This document shows positions 48,908 to 63,300 of a stretch of 64,000 nucleotides of DNA, in pieces. Under the pieces are notes generated by a model. The model ran no database searches and was not told the origin of the DNA. It saw only the letters and a list, made by a program, of their open reading frames with translations. The position numbers and the translations under genes were made by a program. Source of the stretch: Takakia lepidozioides (Eukaryota; Plantae; Bryophyta). The number at the start of each line of letters is the position of its first letter. Within the stretch, counting starts at the first letter, position 1. The stretch covers positions 33,046,001-33,110,000 of the forward strand of contig CM060734.1 in assembly GCA_030704615.1 (NCBI GenBank). Direction: 5' to 3'.

Positions 48908-51900
48908 ATGGATGAGAATTCTCAAAGTACTTACCATGAGGCCTACTTAGGATTTAACGGAATATGCGTACGTGGAGAGTTCTGGGCCCAGGGATTGCAT
49001 AATCTAGAAACCATCCACATGATCAGACATAGTGGATCTAGTCATGGCCTGACAAATGAACTAATTACGGCTCATGTGAGGCAGTGGAGAGTGCGCCCTG
49101 GTAGATACATAGTACTTGGAGAGCCTCGGCAAAAGTCCCTTGGATCATATGTGACGCCCGGGACTGCTGCTTCAGTCGTTGAAGACAAAAGGGAGGTGGT
49201 GGTGAAAAGAGAACAAACGTCCTCCACTCCAATCGTTGAGCTTTCGGATTCGTCCGATGATGACATTACCAAAATTCCAACTCCAGTCCTTTGTATTGTG
49301 GAAGCGGATGAAGAAGACATTTGTAGTGTCATTCCAAAACTACGGGCAATGGGAGGAATGGCAGGTTTCAAAAATGAGTTGCGGGGGATTGATTGGGAAG
49401 CTTTGAAGCAGGTGCCTGCGAAGTTCCTGCCAGAGACGTTTGATGGGGATATCCTATTCAAGCTGCCTCCTCCTCCGCGAGTTGGAGGTATAACAAGCAT
49501 GATGCACGGAATGGACAAGAAACACAACGGGCACCCATGGTGCAGAACAAAAACATCCAATATTCAAAATGAGGACAAACTTGTTTTCAGGAGAACAGTT
49601 TGTGATAATTTGAATTGCAGGCACTTTCTTCAGTCTGGGGTTCATAATCAAAGCGAGTGGGAGGGTCTCGCGGAAAATCCATTTAAGCCTGGGACTGCTC
49701 CTCCACCGGCAACCACTTTCGTTTGCAAATTCTGCAAACTTGTACCATCCTGCCTGGCGCTGTGTGGAGCAAGAATATACTATGTTGTCCACCGTTTGAA
49801 AACAATGACAAGAGCTTGTGTGCATTTCGGTTTCCATAACCATCCTGTCTCGAAGGGGGATTACAGGGAGAGTGTTGAGACAGTATCGAGGTTGATTAAA
49901 CAGGAGTACGAGAGAAACCCATTCGCAACAACATCTGCAATTGCTCTTGGCGTAAGCAAGTCCTTCTTGGAAAGCCATATTTTGAGTGAAGGGGATTCTG
50001 TGGGGACTAAACTTGACGGTGCAGCATTGGACGTTGTCATGGATCATTTCTCCACGTTGAGTTCACCTAAAATTCGGCATCAGATCAATGCATTGAGAAT
50101 GGGCTCTGGGATCAGAGGCTACATAGACAACATGGAATTGAAACGACTGAGCATGTACGACTACATCCAGGACAATGTTTTTCCAGGTCAAGGTGCCATC
50201 AAAGTATTTCTTTTCAAATTGTCGACTGCTAGGGAGGGTAGTGGGGTTAGCCTCGTGAAGCGGATGCAGAAGACTGGGGACCTGCAGAATTGTTTTCTTA
50301 TGTTTGATCATGTGAAACGAGTGAAAGATTGGATGACAATGGCTTGTCATGTCTACGATCCAGTGTACCAACGAGTTATGACAATTGCAGTTTGTGACAT
50401 GCAATCCGAGGATACGGAATCCTAGAAGCTCATGTGGAATTCCCTTGTACGTGTTATGGGCTGCCATCTCCAAATTTTGCTGGTTTTATGGCAAATAGTG
50501 CTCAGGCAAATTTCAATGCAGTTTGAATTGTCTTCGGATCCAAAAGTGACCCAAAAGTGAAGCATGAATACGATGTCTAGTTAGGCTTCAGGTATATGAA
50601 CTATGAACAGATCGTTTCGTTTTAAATTTGTACCAGAGATGCAGACACAACAAGGAATTTTGTGCAAAGAGTACAAAGATGCTAGAACAATGAAGGAGGC
50701 GGCCACTTTGTTCCAGACAATTCGTGCCTGGTGGTTCTCTTCTGGAGCTGCATCGCTTGAGAGTATGAGAGCATTGGAAGATTGGCTGGCGTTTTGGCAC
50801 TTCCGATATAGACAGTGGGTAGCAGCCATGACAATGGTGCGAGGCTTGTATTGCTAGCTTTATTCATACATTTACTTTCCAAATTTTGCTCTCCTTTCTT
50901 TATGTTGTTCCCTGTGCACTGTTCTGAAGTGTGGTTCTCCTCTTTGCAGAACATGTCCATTGAGGAAATGGTGGACATGCCATCTTGCAATTTGGCAGAG
51001 ACTATGCACAATGCATGGTTGCAACAGTATGGGAAACGAGGTCGGGATTTGTATGTGGCAACAACAGATGATCTGATACGTGCCTTGCAACAATAAACTA
51101 GATACCGTGATTTCTTGCGAGGAGGGGCTGGTGGCAAGGGTCCGGACAAACAGGAGTTGATGTTGCGTGCTGCAAACAGATCTGGGGATCCAAGCAAGAT
51201 AGCATGGGCGGTGAGCATGTATGCCCAGGGAACGCCACTTGTTTCAAGAGTTCCACATCTTGAAGGGGAGGAGAGATTCGGCTCTTGTAAGAGGAAATTG
51301 AACACTCCACCTGGTTCGGATTCCGATTCGCATAGGGCAGACCGTGATAACTTCTCGAAGCCTCGTGTTCCCCTGCATGATAGATCCATGTCCGGAACCT
51401 CCATTCTGGAGGAACCTCCAACACGACGGCAGACTCCAGCATCAAACAGTGCCACTGAAATGGTGCAGGAGAGAAACAACCCCCTTGATGTGCTTGAGTC
51501 CGCATGCCCGGACCACGTTTGACACATAGAATGCATAAGTGCAGGGTCTCGTGTGAAATGTACAGCGATCAGGGCAACTAATTTCAAGAAGTGCACTTCA
51601 TCTATATCTAGAGGTGGTGCCCGGACTCCTGCTCCGACTTTCACAGGTTTGATGTGTCCATACGGTCAACCAGAAGCCAAGAACCACAAGTTCTGGTTCT
51701 GCGCAGATAATTGTGGCAAATGTGTGCATGGAACTGTGTGTCCTTCCGTGGTGATGAAGCCAGCTCCTCCAACCGTTTGGCCCGTCAAGGTGGGAACACA
51801 TCTCACAAGTCAGGAGATTGCAATGCTGGAGGAGGCAGGCTTTTCCCTTGCGAGACAACCCCAACTGCATGCATGTGCTACTACTTCTGCGTCCTCTCGG

Positions 51901-52230
51901 GTACCTCCGGCAAATCCTCACTTGTGGCCAACCAAACGAGATGGAAAGCTCGTTCGGCGTTTCTCTCCAACCGCTGAACACTTTGGCAAAGTGGAGTCCG
52001 CAAGAATGCTCCAAGCTCGTGTTGCAAGCACCACGGAAGTGCCCGATCCAGGATATGGTCGGGTGTACACAATGATCACTTCGACATCTGCTGTTCATGA
52101 CAGGGCCTACGACATCACGGTTTCCAAATTTCCCCAATTGCACATGTCCTGATTTTGTGAATATGCTATCAACCAGTATGGGCAAGAGAGGTAAATTCAT
52201 ACCCTGCAAACATTTGTATTTCATATTTTT
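48908..52230 (+). pseudogene. Element C Mutator-like transposase (GCM-like, DDE, SWIM)
   Basis: NGHPWCRTKTS, RACVHFGFHNHP, LMFDHVKR, GFMANSAQANF (second D changed to N), CNLAETMHNAW, CTCPDF...PCKHLYF; in-frame stops at 50423, 51094 and 51520. Confidence 0.88.
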
Positions 52231-53745
52231 GAAGAGGCAGCGGGATACAACACATAGGTAGCATCAACTATGCAATGTGGTATGTGGATGACCATGCTAT
52301 GAAATGTGCAATTTGCAACATTGTCATGGAAATTCAATTCAAATCAATTCGTTTGCAACATCGTCGGCGGTGCAATGATATGGCGTCCCTTATCCCTCCA
52401 TTATGCTTCCAACTATACTGAGTGAGCTCTGAGTGGCAACTTTTATAAGCACATGCATCATTGCACCGTTCGAAGTCTACATGTCTTCCTGTCGCTATGC
52501 ACTGCAATCATCTTTTGAAGATGATCCTAACTCTCATTGTTATTTGGGGAGGGACTCTGGTCTTCTCGTGGCAGCCTCTATGGCACACACTTTGTGAGGA
52601 TGTTTTCTCGTCCTCGTAATTGTAAAAGTGAAAGAAACATTTGTAATTGCACAATGTTGGATGCTACAATTGTAGGCCTCATGGTAGTCTTGATTGTATT
52701 CAGCCAAGGATTCCCTGCATTAATCCCACGGTCATAGGACCATCCTCGGTTATAGGCGACGCATGTTAGTGCGGACGTGGCAGATGATGGCACAGTGCCA
52801 CATCATCATTTGCCGCCCACATCAGCCTGCTGACATGACGCTCACGCCACGTCAGCGTGCGTGAGCGTACGTTCGCGCGCTCACGCCATTGCGTCGTTGA
52901 CTCAAGGGAAAACACCTTGCGCATCCTACTTTCATGCCCTGCTCAATAAGGACAACCTCGATACGGACAGTAAAAGCAGTTTTCCTAGAGCACAGCGAGA
53001 TTCTGACTTCACTGACTTCACTCAACAACAGTACGATCCAGTCCACACCATACGACCATACCAGAGTTTCCTCAAGCTCCCTTTCTCATCCTACATGAAG
53101 AAAGCTCACCTTGTCAAGGCTACTATTCCACCATTCTAAAGTATCTTTAAAGAACTGCTGCCAGCGCTGTTCCATGCTCCAGCGTTGACCTACACACCAG
53201 ATATACCAATTATCGGCCTTGCCTAACGACCCGTGCGCTTTCTTGCATCTTTGCGTTGAGTACATCCGTTTCTACTGAATTGCGCAAAAGACAATTCCGA
53301 GCCTGGATCCGACTGCGCATACAAACACAAAAAAAAAAAACCGCGAAGTGTTTTGTGTAATCACCGAATTTGAATGGCATCCTTGAAGGCACCAGTGGTT
53401 CAAAAGAAGAGACCATAGGATTTTTCTTGCAGAGAGCCAACAAAAAGGTAGATGTAACAAGTTCAATGTTACACAAATCAGCAACCCAACTCCTTTACTG
53501 AAACCAAGACGAGCAAACCTGCTTCCGACTTCAGTGAGAGAAAATAGGGGCAAACAAAGCAAAATTCACACATTTGCACAAGGCATACGCTCCTGCACAC
53601 CCACTCTATACGCAAGGCCCTGTCCTCTCGCTTGGCTCATACGAGAGGCCTCGCATCATGCCGAGCTGGAAATGATTTCGCACATGACGGATTTCTTCAT
53701 GCCCCGATTCTAGGGTTTGAGTCCCTGTCTGCCCCCTATCCCACC

Positions 53746-53914
53746 AGCTCCGCTCGTCGTCTCTCATGATCAGACTCGACCCTAAAACAAAACAAACATA
53801 GCTCCGCCCTGTTCGACGTCTCTCATGATCAGACTCGACACTAAAAGAAAGCAAACATAGCTCCATCCTGATTGTCGTCTCTCATGATCAAACTCGACAC
53901 AAAGAAAACAAACA
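53746..53914. repeat. Tandem repeat, ~3 x 59 bp
   Basis: CTCTCATGATCA.ACTCGAC at 53761, 53820 and 53879. Confidence 0.9.
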
Positions 53915-55149
53915 GATGGCAGGGAAGACAAAAAAACGCTAAGTCCCCTCTACTCATGACTATTGAGTTAAGAATCTAAGATCGTTATTTTTCAGATATG
54001 AGCCAGGCATGAATCCAGGGAATTCTTAGGGAACCAGGGAACAGGGAACCAAGACAAGTTATTGAAAATAGATTTTCCATCGTATTTGTTTATATTTTTT
54101 AAAGGGTGTTATGTTTAAAGAGCCTGGTTGGTCATATCTTTGTCAAATGAGCTCCGTTTGACGCAGTTTTTGGGGGGATAGCTGCAAAAAGGGGAAATAT
54201 ACTCTAGTTTTTTGGACCTGACCAAAAATCTATATAATTTTTCTAATGTAAATTAGATCATCGATAGATGGATGGATTTTGGGTTTTCCATCAATACATC
54301 CATCCATTCATTTGTTTTTCCATTTTTTGCCAATTTTAATTTCATCCATTCATCCAAAATAAATCTTTAAATGAGTTTCACTGTCAGTTCATCCAATTGC
54401 TGTCAGCTCAGCGTTTGCATTATCATTCGTTCATACGTTCATCCAATAGTTGCCAGCAAGGCGTTCGTTGTATCATTCATTCATCCAGTACACAAAAGTT
54501 ATGTTTGATACGTTCATCCAATAGTTATCAGCAAGACATTTGTGTATCATTCGTTGAGATAATACAGTTGTTTTGTTTCACTAACCTTAACCAGCAGTCG
54601 ATTAGTTTTGCTGTTAATCTGTTGGATCAGTAGTTAAATATTTTTACTGCTTATTATCCTCATACTTAACACTGCGACCTAACAACCCTAAATTCGAGCA
54701 CATTCATCCTAATTCATCCTAATCATTCATTCATCCATTCATTCATTCACAGGGTGTGGCTTAGTGCCCGCGAGCAATGATATGTTGACACGTCGTCATT
54801 TGCAATCACATCCTGCATATGTTTCATCCATTTATGTTTGCATCGTCCACGTAGACACTCCTTGGGCAACTAGCAATCTGCAGTTGTGAATATTGACAAT
54901 CATATCTTCCCATGCCCACGTCATCCTATTGCAGTTTTGGCCATGACTCCTAGTCGTATCTACCATCTTCCCCTATCTGGTCAAATGTGTTTGACCGCAG
55001 ATCCTGACGTGGCGGAGGTACAAGGTGGCATATACGACTTTTGCTGGTCACAAATGGCAACCAGGACTGCCCCCTTGCATTTTGTAGACATATATGCTAC
55101 GACTGGGCAAATGTGGCAGACGTTAAAGCCGGAATCTGTTGTAGTGTTA

Positions 55150-58100
55150 CAAAGGAACCAAAGGTCAGCATGCCTGAGAAATTTGATGGGACGAGATCAA
55201 GATTTCGCGGTTTTGTTCAACAAGTATGATTGTTCCTACGACTACATCGACAACGCTACCCTGATGAAGATATTCAAGTGGGATTCGTAGGCACCCTCCT
55301 ATCAGGCACTGCCCTATCTTGGTTTGCACCTCTATTAGAGAAAAATTTGCATTTACTATACAATTTTGAAGCGTTCATGTCCGAGTTCATTGCAACGTTT
55401 GGAGAGAATGATAGAGAGAGAATTGCAGAGACAAAGATGTGAAATCTTCGACAAAGAGCACGTCCTGCTTCTGTTTATGCTGCCGAATTTCGACAACTTG
55501 CGTGCGACCTCGACTGGAATGAGAAGAGTCTCATTAGTCAGTTTCGATGTGGCCTAAAAGAGGATGTAAAAGATTTGTTGCTGACAATGCCAAACGTGAG
55601 TACACTGAGCGAATTCATCACCCAAGTCGTTGCATGCGATAATCGTTTGTTCGAAAGACCTCAAGAGAAGCTATCTGGATGGTCGACGACACATCATGCC
55701 GCTGCTACTATGGCACCAAACACAACGATCCATCAAACATCTGGTGATGATCCTATGCAGATTGATGCTGTCCGATTCAAGCCATTGACGCCACAAGAAA
55801 AACAAAGACGGCGCTCGAATGGATTATGCCTTTATTGCGGAGAAGATGATCACATAGCATTAAACTGCCCCAACAAGAGAAGATTCAAAGCTCGGGGCAC
55901 AACTCATGATCAAGTGTTCGATACGATGAGGTCGAAAAACAAAGATGTCCAATCACAGTAGGGACCATGCGGCTGGACACCCCACCAAAAAAATGTCTCT
56001 TTCTACCTCCAGACCCTGTACCTTGTTTCACAGTTCCTAGTAAAGATCAGGATGCAAAATCGAGATATCTCCGTAGAAGCACTTTTGGACTCAGACGCTT
56101 CAATGTGTTTTATTGACAAAAACTTTGCGAAGCAACACAATTTAACGCTCGTAAAGAAGAAATTCCCGGCCCTTGTTGAAGTCATCGATGGACGACTGTT
56201 AGCATCAGAAAATATTGACCATGAAACTCGACCTTTTGAAGTGAAGCTTAAAAATCAAGCATCACAGATTGTTTTCAATGTCATCCAGTCTCCAACAAAT
56301 CCTGTGATCCTTGGATTTCCCTGGTTTATACTTCATAATCCTGACATCGATTGACGATCATGAAAAATTTCGGCAAGACAAAAATGTAAAAGTACCAAAG
56401 GTATTCAACCCCTGTTTCTTGGAGCTAGAGCCTTCATGAGAGCTACGAAGAAAGACGCGACATTTGCACTTTATGCGACTCCGATCAAGACCACATCAGA
56501 CCAAGGTACTTCGACATTACCCACTCAATATCGAGATTTCAAGGATGTATTCGAGAAGAAAAATGTAGACATATTTTTAGAAGCTTATGATTGTGCAATT
56601 GAGTTGCAAGAAGGAGCCCAATCACCATTCGGCCCAATCTACAATTTATCTCGACGGAGCTGGCCGTTTTATACGAATACATTGATGAAAAATTGTCAAA
56701 GAATTTCATTCGACATTCAAAATCACCCGCGGGAGTACCTATCTTATTTGTGAAGAAGAAGGATGGATCGTTACGCATGTGTGTGGACTATCGTGGACTC
56801 AACAAAGTCATTATAAAAAATCGTTACCCATTACCGCTGATTTTCGGACTCATCGAACAACTTGGACGAGCAATTTTTTTCATAAAGATTGACTTGAGAT
56901 GAGCTTACAAGCTTGTACGAATAAAAGAATGAGACGAATGGAAGACTGTTTTTTGCACAAGGTACAGACATTTCGAATACAATGTTATGTTTTTCGGTCT
57001 TACAAATGCTCCAGCAATTTTTCAACACATGATGAATGACATCTTTCGAGAATTTTTAGATGACTTTGTAGTCATCTATTTGGACGACATTTTGATATTT
57101 TCATAAAATGAAGAAGAACATGGTCGCCATGTACGCCTTGTCCTTGATAAATTGAGGGAAAAAGCACTATATGCTAAGAGTTGGAAAAATATTTTTTCCA
57201 CCAATCTGAAGTCGAATTTTTGGGCTACATTATTTCTGACAAATGAGTATTTATGGATCAGAAGAAAATACAAACCATCATCGAGTGGATTGAACCAACT
57301 TCGGTCCGAGATGTATAGTATTTTCTAGGATTTCCAAATTTCTATAGAATCTTCATCAATGATTAATCCAAAATTGCTGCACTATTGACACGACTCACAG
57401 GGAAGGACAAATTTGTATGGGACGAGAAGGCTGACCAAACATTTGAAAGGTTGAAGCAGGTATTTACAATGGCTTCAATACTGGTACATGCAGACCTATC
57501 TAAACCATTCTTTTTGGAAGTAGATGCATCAGACTTTGCACTTGGCTCTGTACTCTCTCAATACGGTACGGATGACCGACTTCACCCTGTTGATTTTCGT
57601 TCTCGCAAATTTTTCGCTACGGAGATCAATTATGAAATCCATGACAAAGAACTTCTAGCGATTATCAATGCTTTTGAGGAGCGGCGTCATCTATTGGAAG
57701 GAGCTAAACATCAGGTCACTGTCTACACCGATCACAAAAACCTCGAGTATTTTATGAGTGCTCGTGTTTTGAATCGACGTCAAGCGAGATGGAGTATGTC
57801 ACTAGCAAGGTTTGATTTTGTTATTACCTGCCGTCCCGGACATCTTCAAGGCAAACCAGATGCTCTTTCTCGACGATCGTATCTTACGCCAATAGAAGGG
57901 ACGTAGCTTTTGACCAACAGAAATCCATCATCTTGAAACCAACAAATCTCCAATTGAATATGCTATCTATGTCCACCTATGATGGTGTAGAGATCATAAA
58001 AGAGATTCAGGAAGCACTGAAGAGCGACCAATTTGCTACGACACTACGAAGTCAACTAAATCGACCTCGAGACTTTGAATTCAAAAATGACTTACTTTAT

Positions 58101-60130
58101 TTCAAGGGACTTCTCTATGTACCTCCAGGACCTACACGACTTCGAATTCTTCAAACATGTCATGATCTTCCAGCTATAGGACATTTCGGCTTCAACAAAA
58201 CAATGGAATTGATATCCAGGGACTATTGGTGGCCGCAGGTGTGGAAACTTGTGAAAGAATTTGTAAAATCTTGTGCCACCTGCGCTAGGGCGCAGTGACG
58301 GGTGAATGTAGGGTTGACTGGACCAAAATGGACGTTACCAGCACAGTTTTAGATGACTGCAATTGATGGTGTCATCAATTGAAATTGAATTAACTCATTA
58401 AAACCAGCAAATATATATGTCATTGGATTCCTAGCTTCAATACGCATCCATAGCAATTCTCCAATCATGAATTTGATAAGAAATGACTCCGCTATGGATT
58501 TTTGAACATCGTCATTGTGGACTGTTACTGCAATGAATGAAATTATAATGGACTCAAGTTCTCATATGTGCCATTGGTGAATTCCATTGAAATTTGGACA
58601 TAAGGTGGCCATTTTGGTCCACATCATAGGTATGGATTTTAAGTGGCAAAATTATTTGTCATTTGACTTGTATGGACTAATATATGTAAAAACAAATAGG
58701 CGTTTTTTGAAAAGTCCATAGCTCATCTTGTTTTTTGGATTTTGGGTGTCATTTTTTTTTTTAGAAGTATGAAAAACTATAATCTTCAATGGCTAGGTGT
58801 CATATTGATTTTTTTTTGTAAACTCTAATTTTTAGTTTTTTCATAATTTCTCTAAATAATATACTAAAATATTTAATGAACATATTTACTAAATATGTTC
58901 AGTATACCATTATCTATCACTAAGCAAATATCTTGGGATAGTATCATCAACTTTTGTTTTTTGGTCATGGACTTTCATGGAGCATGATTTGCCGTTTTTG
59001 GTCCACTCAACCCTGCAACTGCCCGGACCACGACATCGACCTTACGGCCTTCTTCAACCATTACCCATTCCCAGGAGTCCACGGTCGTCATTGTCTATGG
59101 ACTTTATTACGGACCTTCCAATTTCCAAGACCACCGACTCAATCCTTGTTATTGTGGATCGTTTTACGAAGATGACACATTTCATTCCATGTAATGAGAA
59201 AAATGAAGTTTGCTTGGTCGAAGAATGTATAGTGTTGTTATAGGCAAACCCAGCTAATGGCAGAAGGTCCGTCCAATTATCTTGGTGATAATTTATCGTA
59301 CAATGAAGATATTGCTCCAAAATCTGGTTTACGCATTCGGTTTGACCATCAGTCTGTGGATGATTAGCTGTAGAGAGGTTGATCTTAGTATCCAATATGT
59401 GAAATAATCAACTCTAGAAATTTGATATGAACTGTGGTTCTCATTCAGATACGATGTCCTTCAGGAGTCCATGAATGCGGTAGATATTATTGATGAAGAG
59501 TTTTGCAGTTTCCTCGCCTGTAACCCACGTTTGTTCGCTGATGTCGTAGTCTTTCCAATGTACGAAATACTCAAGACGTTTATATTTGATGCGAGAGTCT
59601 AGGACTTCGTCGACTTCATATTCGATTTCCTGATTGGCTTCCATTGGTAGAGGTGGTACGGAGACTCTTCCTGGAATATTCGATCGATGATACAACTCCA
59701 ATAATGAAACATGAAAGACTGGATGGATGCGCATACTTCGTGGGAGTTCAAGCCGAAACTGATCGGATTTATTTGTTGAATAATTTTGAATGGTCCCGGG
59801 CGTTGATAATCCAACTTCCTTGATGGTCGCGAGGTTTGTATATCCCGTCAAAGAAGCCACACACGATCTCCGACCTTGAACTGGGGTTGGAGTTGACGAT
59901 GTTGATCTGCATACTCGTTATATTGTTTTTGAGCTTCCGCGAGGTGGAATGTAAGCTCCTTGTGAATCGTAGCAAGATGAGTAGCAAGGTTTTCTGCAAC
60001 AGGGCTTCCAACAGTTTTCATGTGGAAAGATTTTCTCGAGGATAATGAACCTTCTTCCAACCTTGCCAATGCATCTGACAAAGTCCAAGAATTTCATCAA
60101 CGATATCCAGCTAAGCCCCGAACTACACAT
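55150..60130 (+). mobile_element. Degenerate chromovirus-type Ty3/Gypsy element (gag, PR, RT, RH, INT, chromodomain); LTRs not identified
   Basis: [56 protein letters not shown], integrase HHCC and MDFITDLP, HPQTDGQTE; chromodomain EYEVDEVLDSR..EYFVHWKDY; 3' parts inverted. Confidence 0.9.
58307..59017. mobile_element. AT-rich MITE-like insertion splitting the integrase
   Basis: TIRs TGTAGGGTTGACTGGACCAAAA and TTTTGGTCCACTCAACCCTGCA; integrase reads CARA before and PRHRPYGLLQPLP after; TSD not resolved. Confidence 0.8.
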
Positions 60131-60149
60131 CAATAAGACGTCACAACGA

Positions 60150-60739
60150 TGATGTCAGCCAAGTTAGCTTCAAGGTGAAGACTTCATATTCAGTGTACCT
60201 GATACACGCTAGGGAGGGAGGAGTACCACACATTAGTATATATAGCTACACTTCTAGCACTTTTGCATCTTGTATAAGCAGCATGGAGTCACAGAAACCA
60301 GATACATTGGAGCTGTCGTTTAGCCAACTACCAGATAAGCCGTTTCGACTCTCACGACCTTCAACATCACGCGAACGCTCTCGAGACGATGGGCCACCAA
60401 TGCGACAGGTACATCCTCGTCTGGACCCCGTACGACGGAAAGTTGGAGCCTATCAAAGGCTGATAATCATGTTGGAGGTTGAGGCTTCGGACCCAGATGC
60501 CAACGACATCATGTTTGAAGGCAGTTTCAAAAATCAAAATGCTCAAATCACTGCGTGGTCCCAAGTTCAAGGTGTTGGACACTATCGATGGTTGTAGGGA
60601 CCTATAAATCATTTGAGTCAAGAACGAACAGCCGAATACTTGGCAAGTATTATTCGCCGGATTTTGGATTTTCTCCCACTCTAAGCAAGTCTAAGACTTT
60701 ACCGCTTCTTGAGGAACTTGGCGCTAGAGGAGGGGGTGA
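60150..60739 (+). mobile_element. 3' internal end of another LTR retrotransposon, with polypurine tract
   Basis: RWLxGPY integrase-tail-like motif; PPT AGAGGAGGGGG just before the LTR. Confidence 0.55.
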
Positions 60740-61234
60740 TGTCATGGACATAGCCCAGAGGAACTTACCAGGAATAAATATCATAAATTACCATTAGTTA
60801 TCAAATTATCGGGAGTTTACCAAATTACCGAGATTAACTTGGGAAACTGTTCATGAAGCTTTCTTTGGAGGAAACTTCTCCATCAAGAAACCTCCATTGG
60901 GGAAGCCTCTTAGGGAACCTCCTAGTAGCCAGTATATATATGAGGCGAGACTTGATACTCTTCAGTCTCGCCAACACCAGTTCAAGCTACTCTTGTTTCC
61001 AGTTCCCAGTACTCCAGTCCAGTTTCCAGTATTTGGTATTCCAGTCCAGTTTCCAGCATTCCAGTATTCAAGTCGAGTTCAAATATCTTGTACTCTTGTC
61101 TATTGTTATAAAGATCGTTCTTGATTCCTATTTATTCATCATGCATTCGGCCACGCCGACCTTGACTTCTTCTCTAGTCTTGTACCTCTAGTCTGATCTC
61201 TTGTTTGTGTTCAGTCATGTTCTCGTCCTTGACA
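60740..61234 (+). repeat. 3' LTR, 495 bp
   Basis: TGTCATGGAC...GTCCTTGACA inverted termini (TG..CA); preceded by a PPT; TATATATA at ~60934; TCCAGT repeats. Confidence 0.8.
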
Positions 61235-63300
61235 TCCTCCTTCGGGATTTAGGTGTATTGGAATCCACTTCCCCAGTAAGGCTTCTATCTGAGTATCAGG
61301 GTCAAGGATTCCCAAACCTCCCATCTTCTTGGGCATACAAATCTGGTGCCAAGAGACTTGTGTACGCTTGTTTTGCTCTATAGAGGTTGCCGCCCCCCAT
61401 TGAGTTTCTGATGTAACCTTTTGACTTCTCAATGAAATTTTGAGTTGGTTCTCAATGAAATTTTGAGTTGGGAGCTCTCCCCGTGATGGAGAGGTGGCAT
61501 GAACCCTAATATGCCAACTGGGTTTTCAGTCTTTGCAGAGTTGGGCCCATCCGTTGTTCCTCTATTAGGTTGATGCCAAATGTGTGACCTAGCAGCATAG
61601 TTGGCTCTCCTTCTTTGAGCCAGACCAACCCCAAATGGTTGCCCCATGTGGGTGACCCTCCTATGGCTGACTTAGTTGGATCTCCCACTGTAAGCAATGC
61701 CTTGGTTTTGGATCAATTAACTCTGAAGCCGGAGACTCCAGAAAACCCCATAAGAGTTTGTTCTACTGTTGCCAAGGTTTCCGGGGTTGCCTCTAGAAGA
61801 AGAAAGGTGTCATCAACAAACATAGAGAACAACATAATTTCCCATAAATTACCCCCATAATTCCTTTGCAAAAGTAGCTGACCATTTTCCAGGTCTTTCC
61901 AAACCTGGGTTTTTGGATTTTGCAATCTCAAACCCTTAACCTGGAGGTTGTTATCCAACATATAGCCTAGTGCATCTGCCATAAAGAGAAAAAGGAAGGG
62001 GGCAAGTGGACATCCCTGCCTTACCGATCTATGCAGTGGAAATGGCTTGGATAGGTGACCATTGATTGTGACCCTACTAGAAGCTCCATGAAGAAGGATA
62101 TGGACCCCATGGTAGAAGCCTTCAGGGATCCCTGCTTTACGTAGAACTGCTAGAAGGAAAGACCAGTCGACCCTGTCAAAGGCCTTCTCCAAATCCAGGA
62201 GCCATAGGGCCAAGGCCTGGTTGTTTTTGCGTAGGCTGATACTTCTTGTGCCAAAAGAACATTATCCAGGATATATCTTCCTTTGATGAATTCCGCTTGC
62301 CCTGTTCTGATCATAGAGGGGAGGAGAGGCTGAATACGCAAGGCTAGGCTTTTTGCAATGATCTTGTAGGCCACATTGAAAAGAATGATAGGTCGGTAAT
62401 TACCTATACAAGCCCTATCTCCCTTTTTGTGCAACAAGGTAATAACGCCCCGAGTCATTGATTCAGGCATCAGACCTGAGGATTTAATGGCGTTGGCCAT
62501 ATTGCAAAAATCTAGCGAGATTGAGGCCCATAGTGCCTTATAGAACTCTGTAGGCATTCCATCTATCCCCAACGCTTTGTTCTTTTCATGTGATCCAGAG
62601 CATCCCCTAGTTCCTTGGGGGTGAACTGCACCTCCAAGGCTGGGTAGCTTGAGGCTTGAATTGAGCGGGGAATGGTTCTGAGACAATCTTCCAAGTGGTC
62701 CTGATAGAGGGGATCTCTGTCGTCAGCTTTAAACAAGGATTGGAAGTGCTGGTAAGCTGAAGTACACATGTCTCTTTTTAAGGCCTTCAACGAATGAAGG
62801 AATGCGGAGGTGAGAGGTGTTCAACTTGAAGAGATCTCTCCCTCAATAATAAGTGTTTGGTAGGTTGATAGAAGCAGCTATGATGGCATGATCAAACCCT
62901 TGAGGGATGGAATCTTGTGGAGCAGAAGAGGCGAAGGTTGAAAGAGAAAGTGAGATGTAGAAATGATCAAGTCTGGCCATGCAGAGGTCATTGATGCCTC
63001 TGTTATTGGTCCAGGTGTAGAATGGGACGGAGCTGTTAGGACCCCTTCAATAATAAGTTGTTTGGTAGGTTTTGATAGAAGCAGCTATGATGGCAAATGA
63101 TCAAACCCTTGAGGGATGGAATCTTGTGGAGCAAGAAGAGAGCGAAGTTTTGAAAGAGAAAGTGAGATGTAGAAATGATCAAGTCTGGCCATGCAGAGGT
63201 CATTGATGCCTTGTGCCAGGCATTTTCTTCATCTGGATTGAGGTAAAGTATTTAATAGTGAATCCGTGAAAAAGAGGGGGTGAAGAGATTTGTCAGGAGG
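61235..63300 (-). mobile_element. Degenerate L1-like LINE (endonuclease remnant and RT)
   Basis: YTWTN..RLDHFY (EN), GIDGMPTEFY, NYRPI, LDLEKAFDRVDW, SVRQGCPLAPFLF, MFVDDT. Confidence 0.88.
62845..63211. repeat. Direct duplication (62845-62999 / 63050-63211) differing mainly by 1-2 nt indels
   Basis: GGTAGGTTGATAG vs GGTAGGTTTTGATAG; GGCATGATC vs GGCAAATGATC. Confidence 0.85.

Larger units (their letters stand above)
40620..52916. mobile_element. Element C: more distant Mutator-like copy with ParB-MTase gene; ends uncertain, probably internally inverted
   Basis: Homologs of both B genes; its own 24-bp palindrome in introns and intergenic DNA; related GCTCACGCC/GGCGTGAGC motifs at 45960-46080 and 52835-52900; no TSD found. 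Confidence 0.7.

Noticed and set aside
54380-54780. 5' LTR of the 55-60 kb Gypsy element matching 60740-61234
   Set aside because: No sequence similarity between the two regions; the LTR at 60740 appears to belong to a different element.
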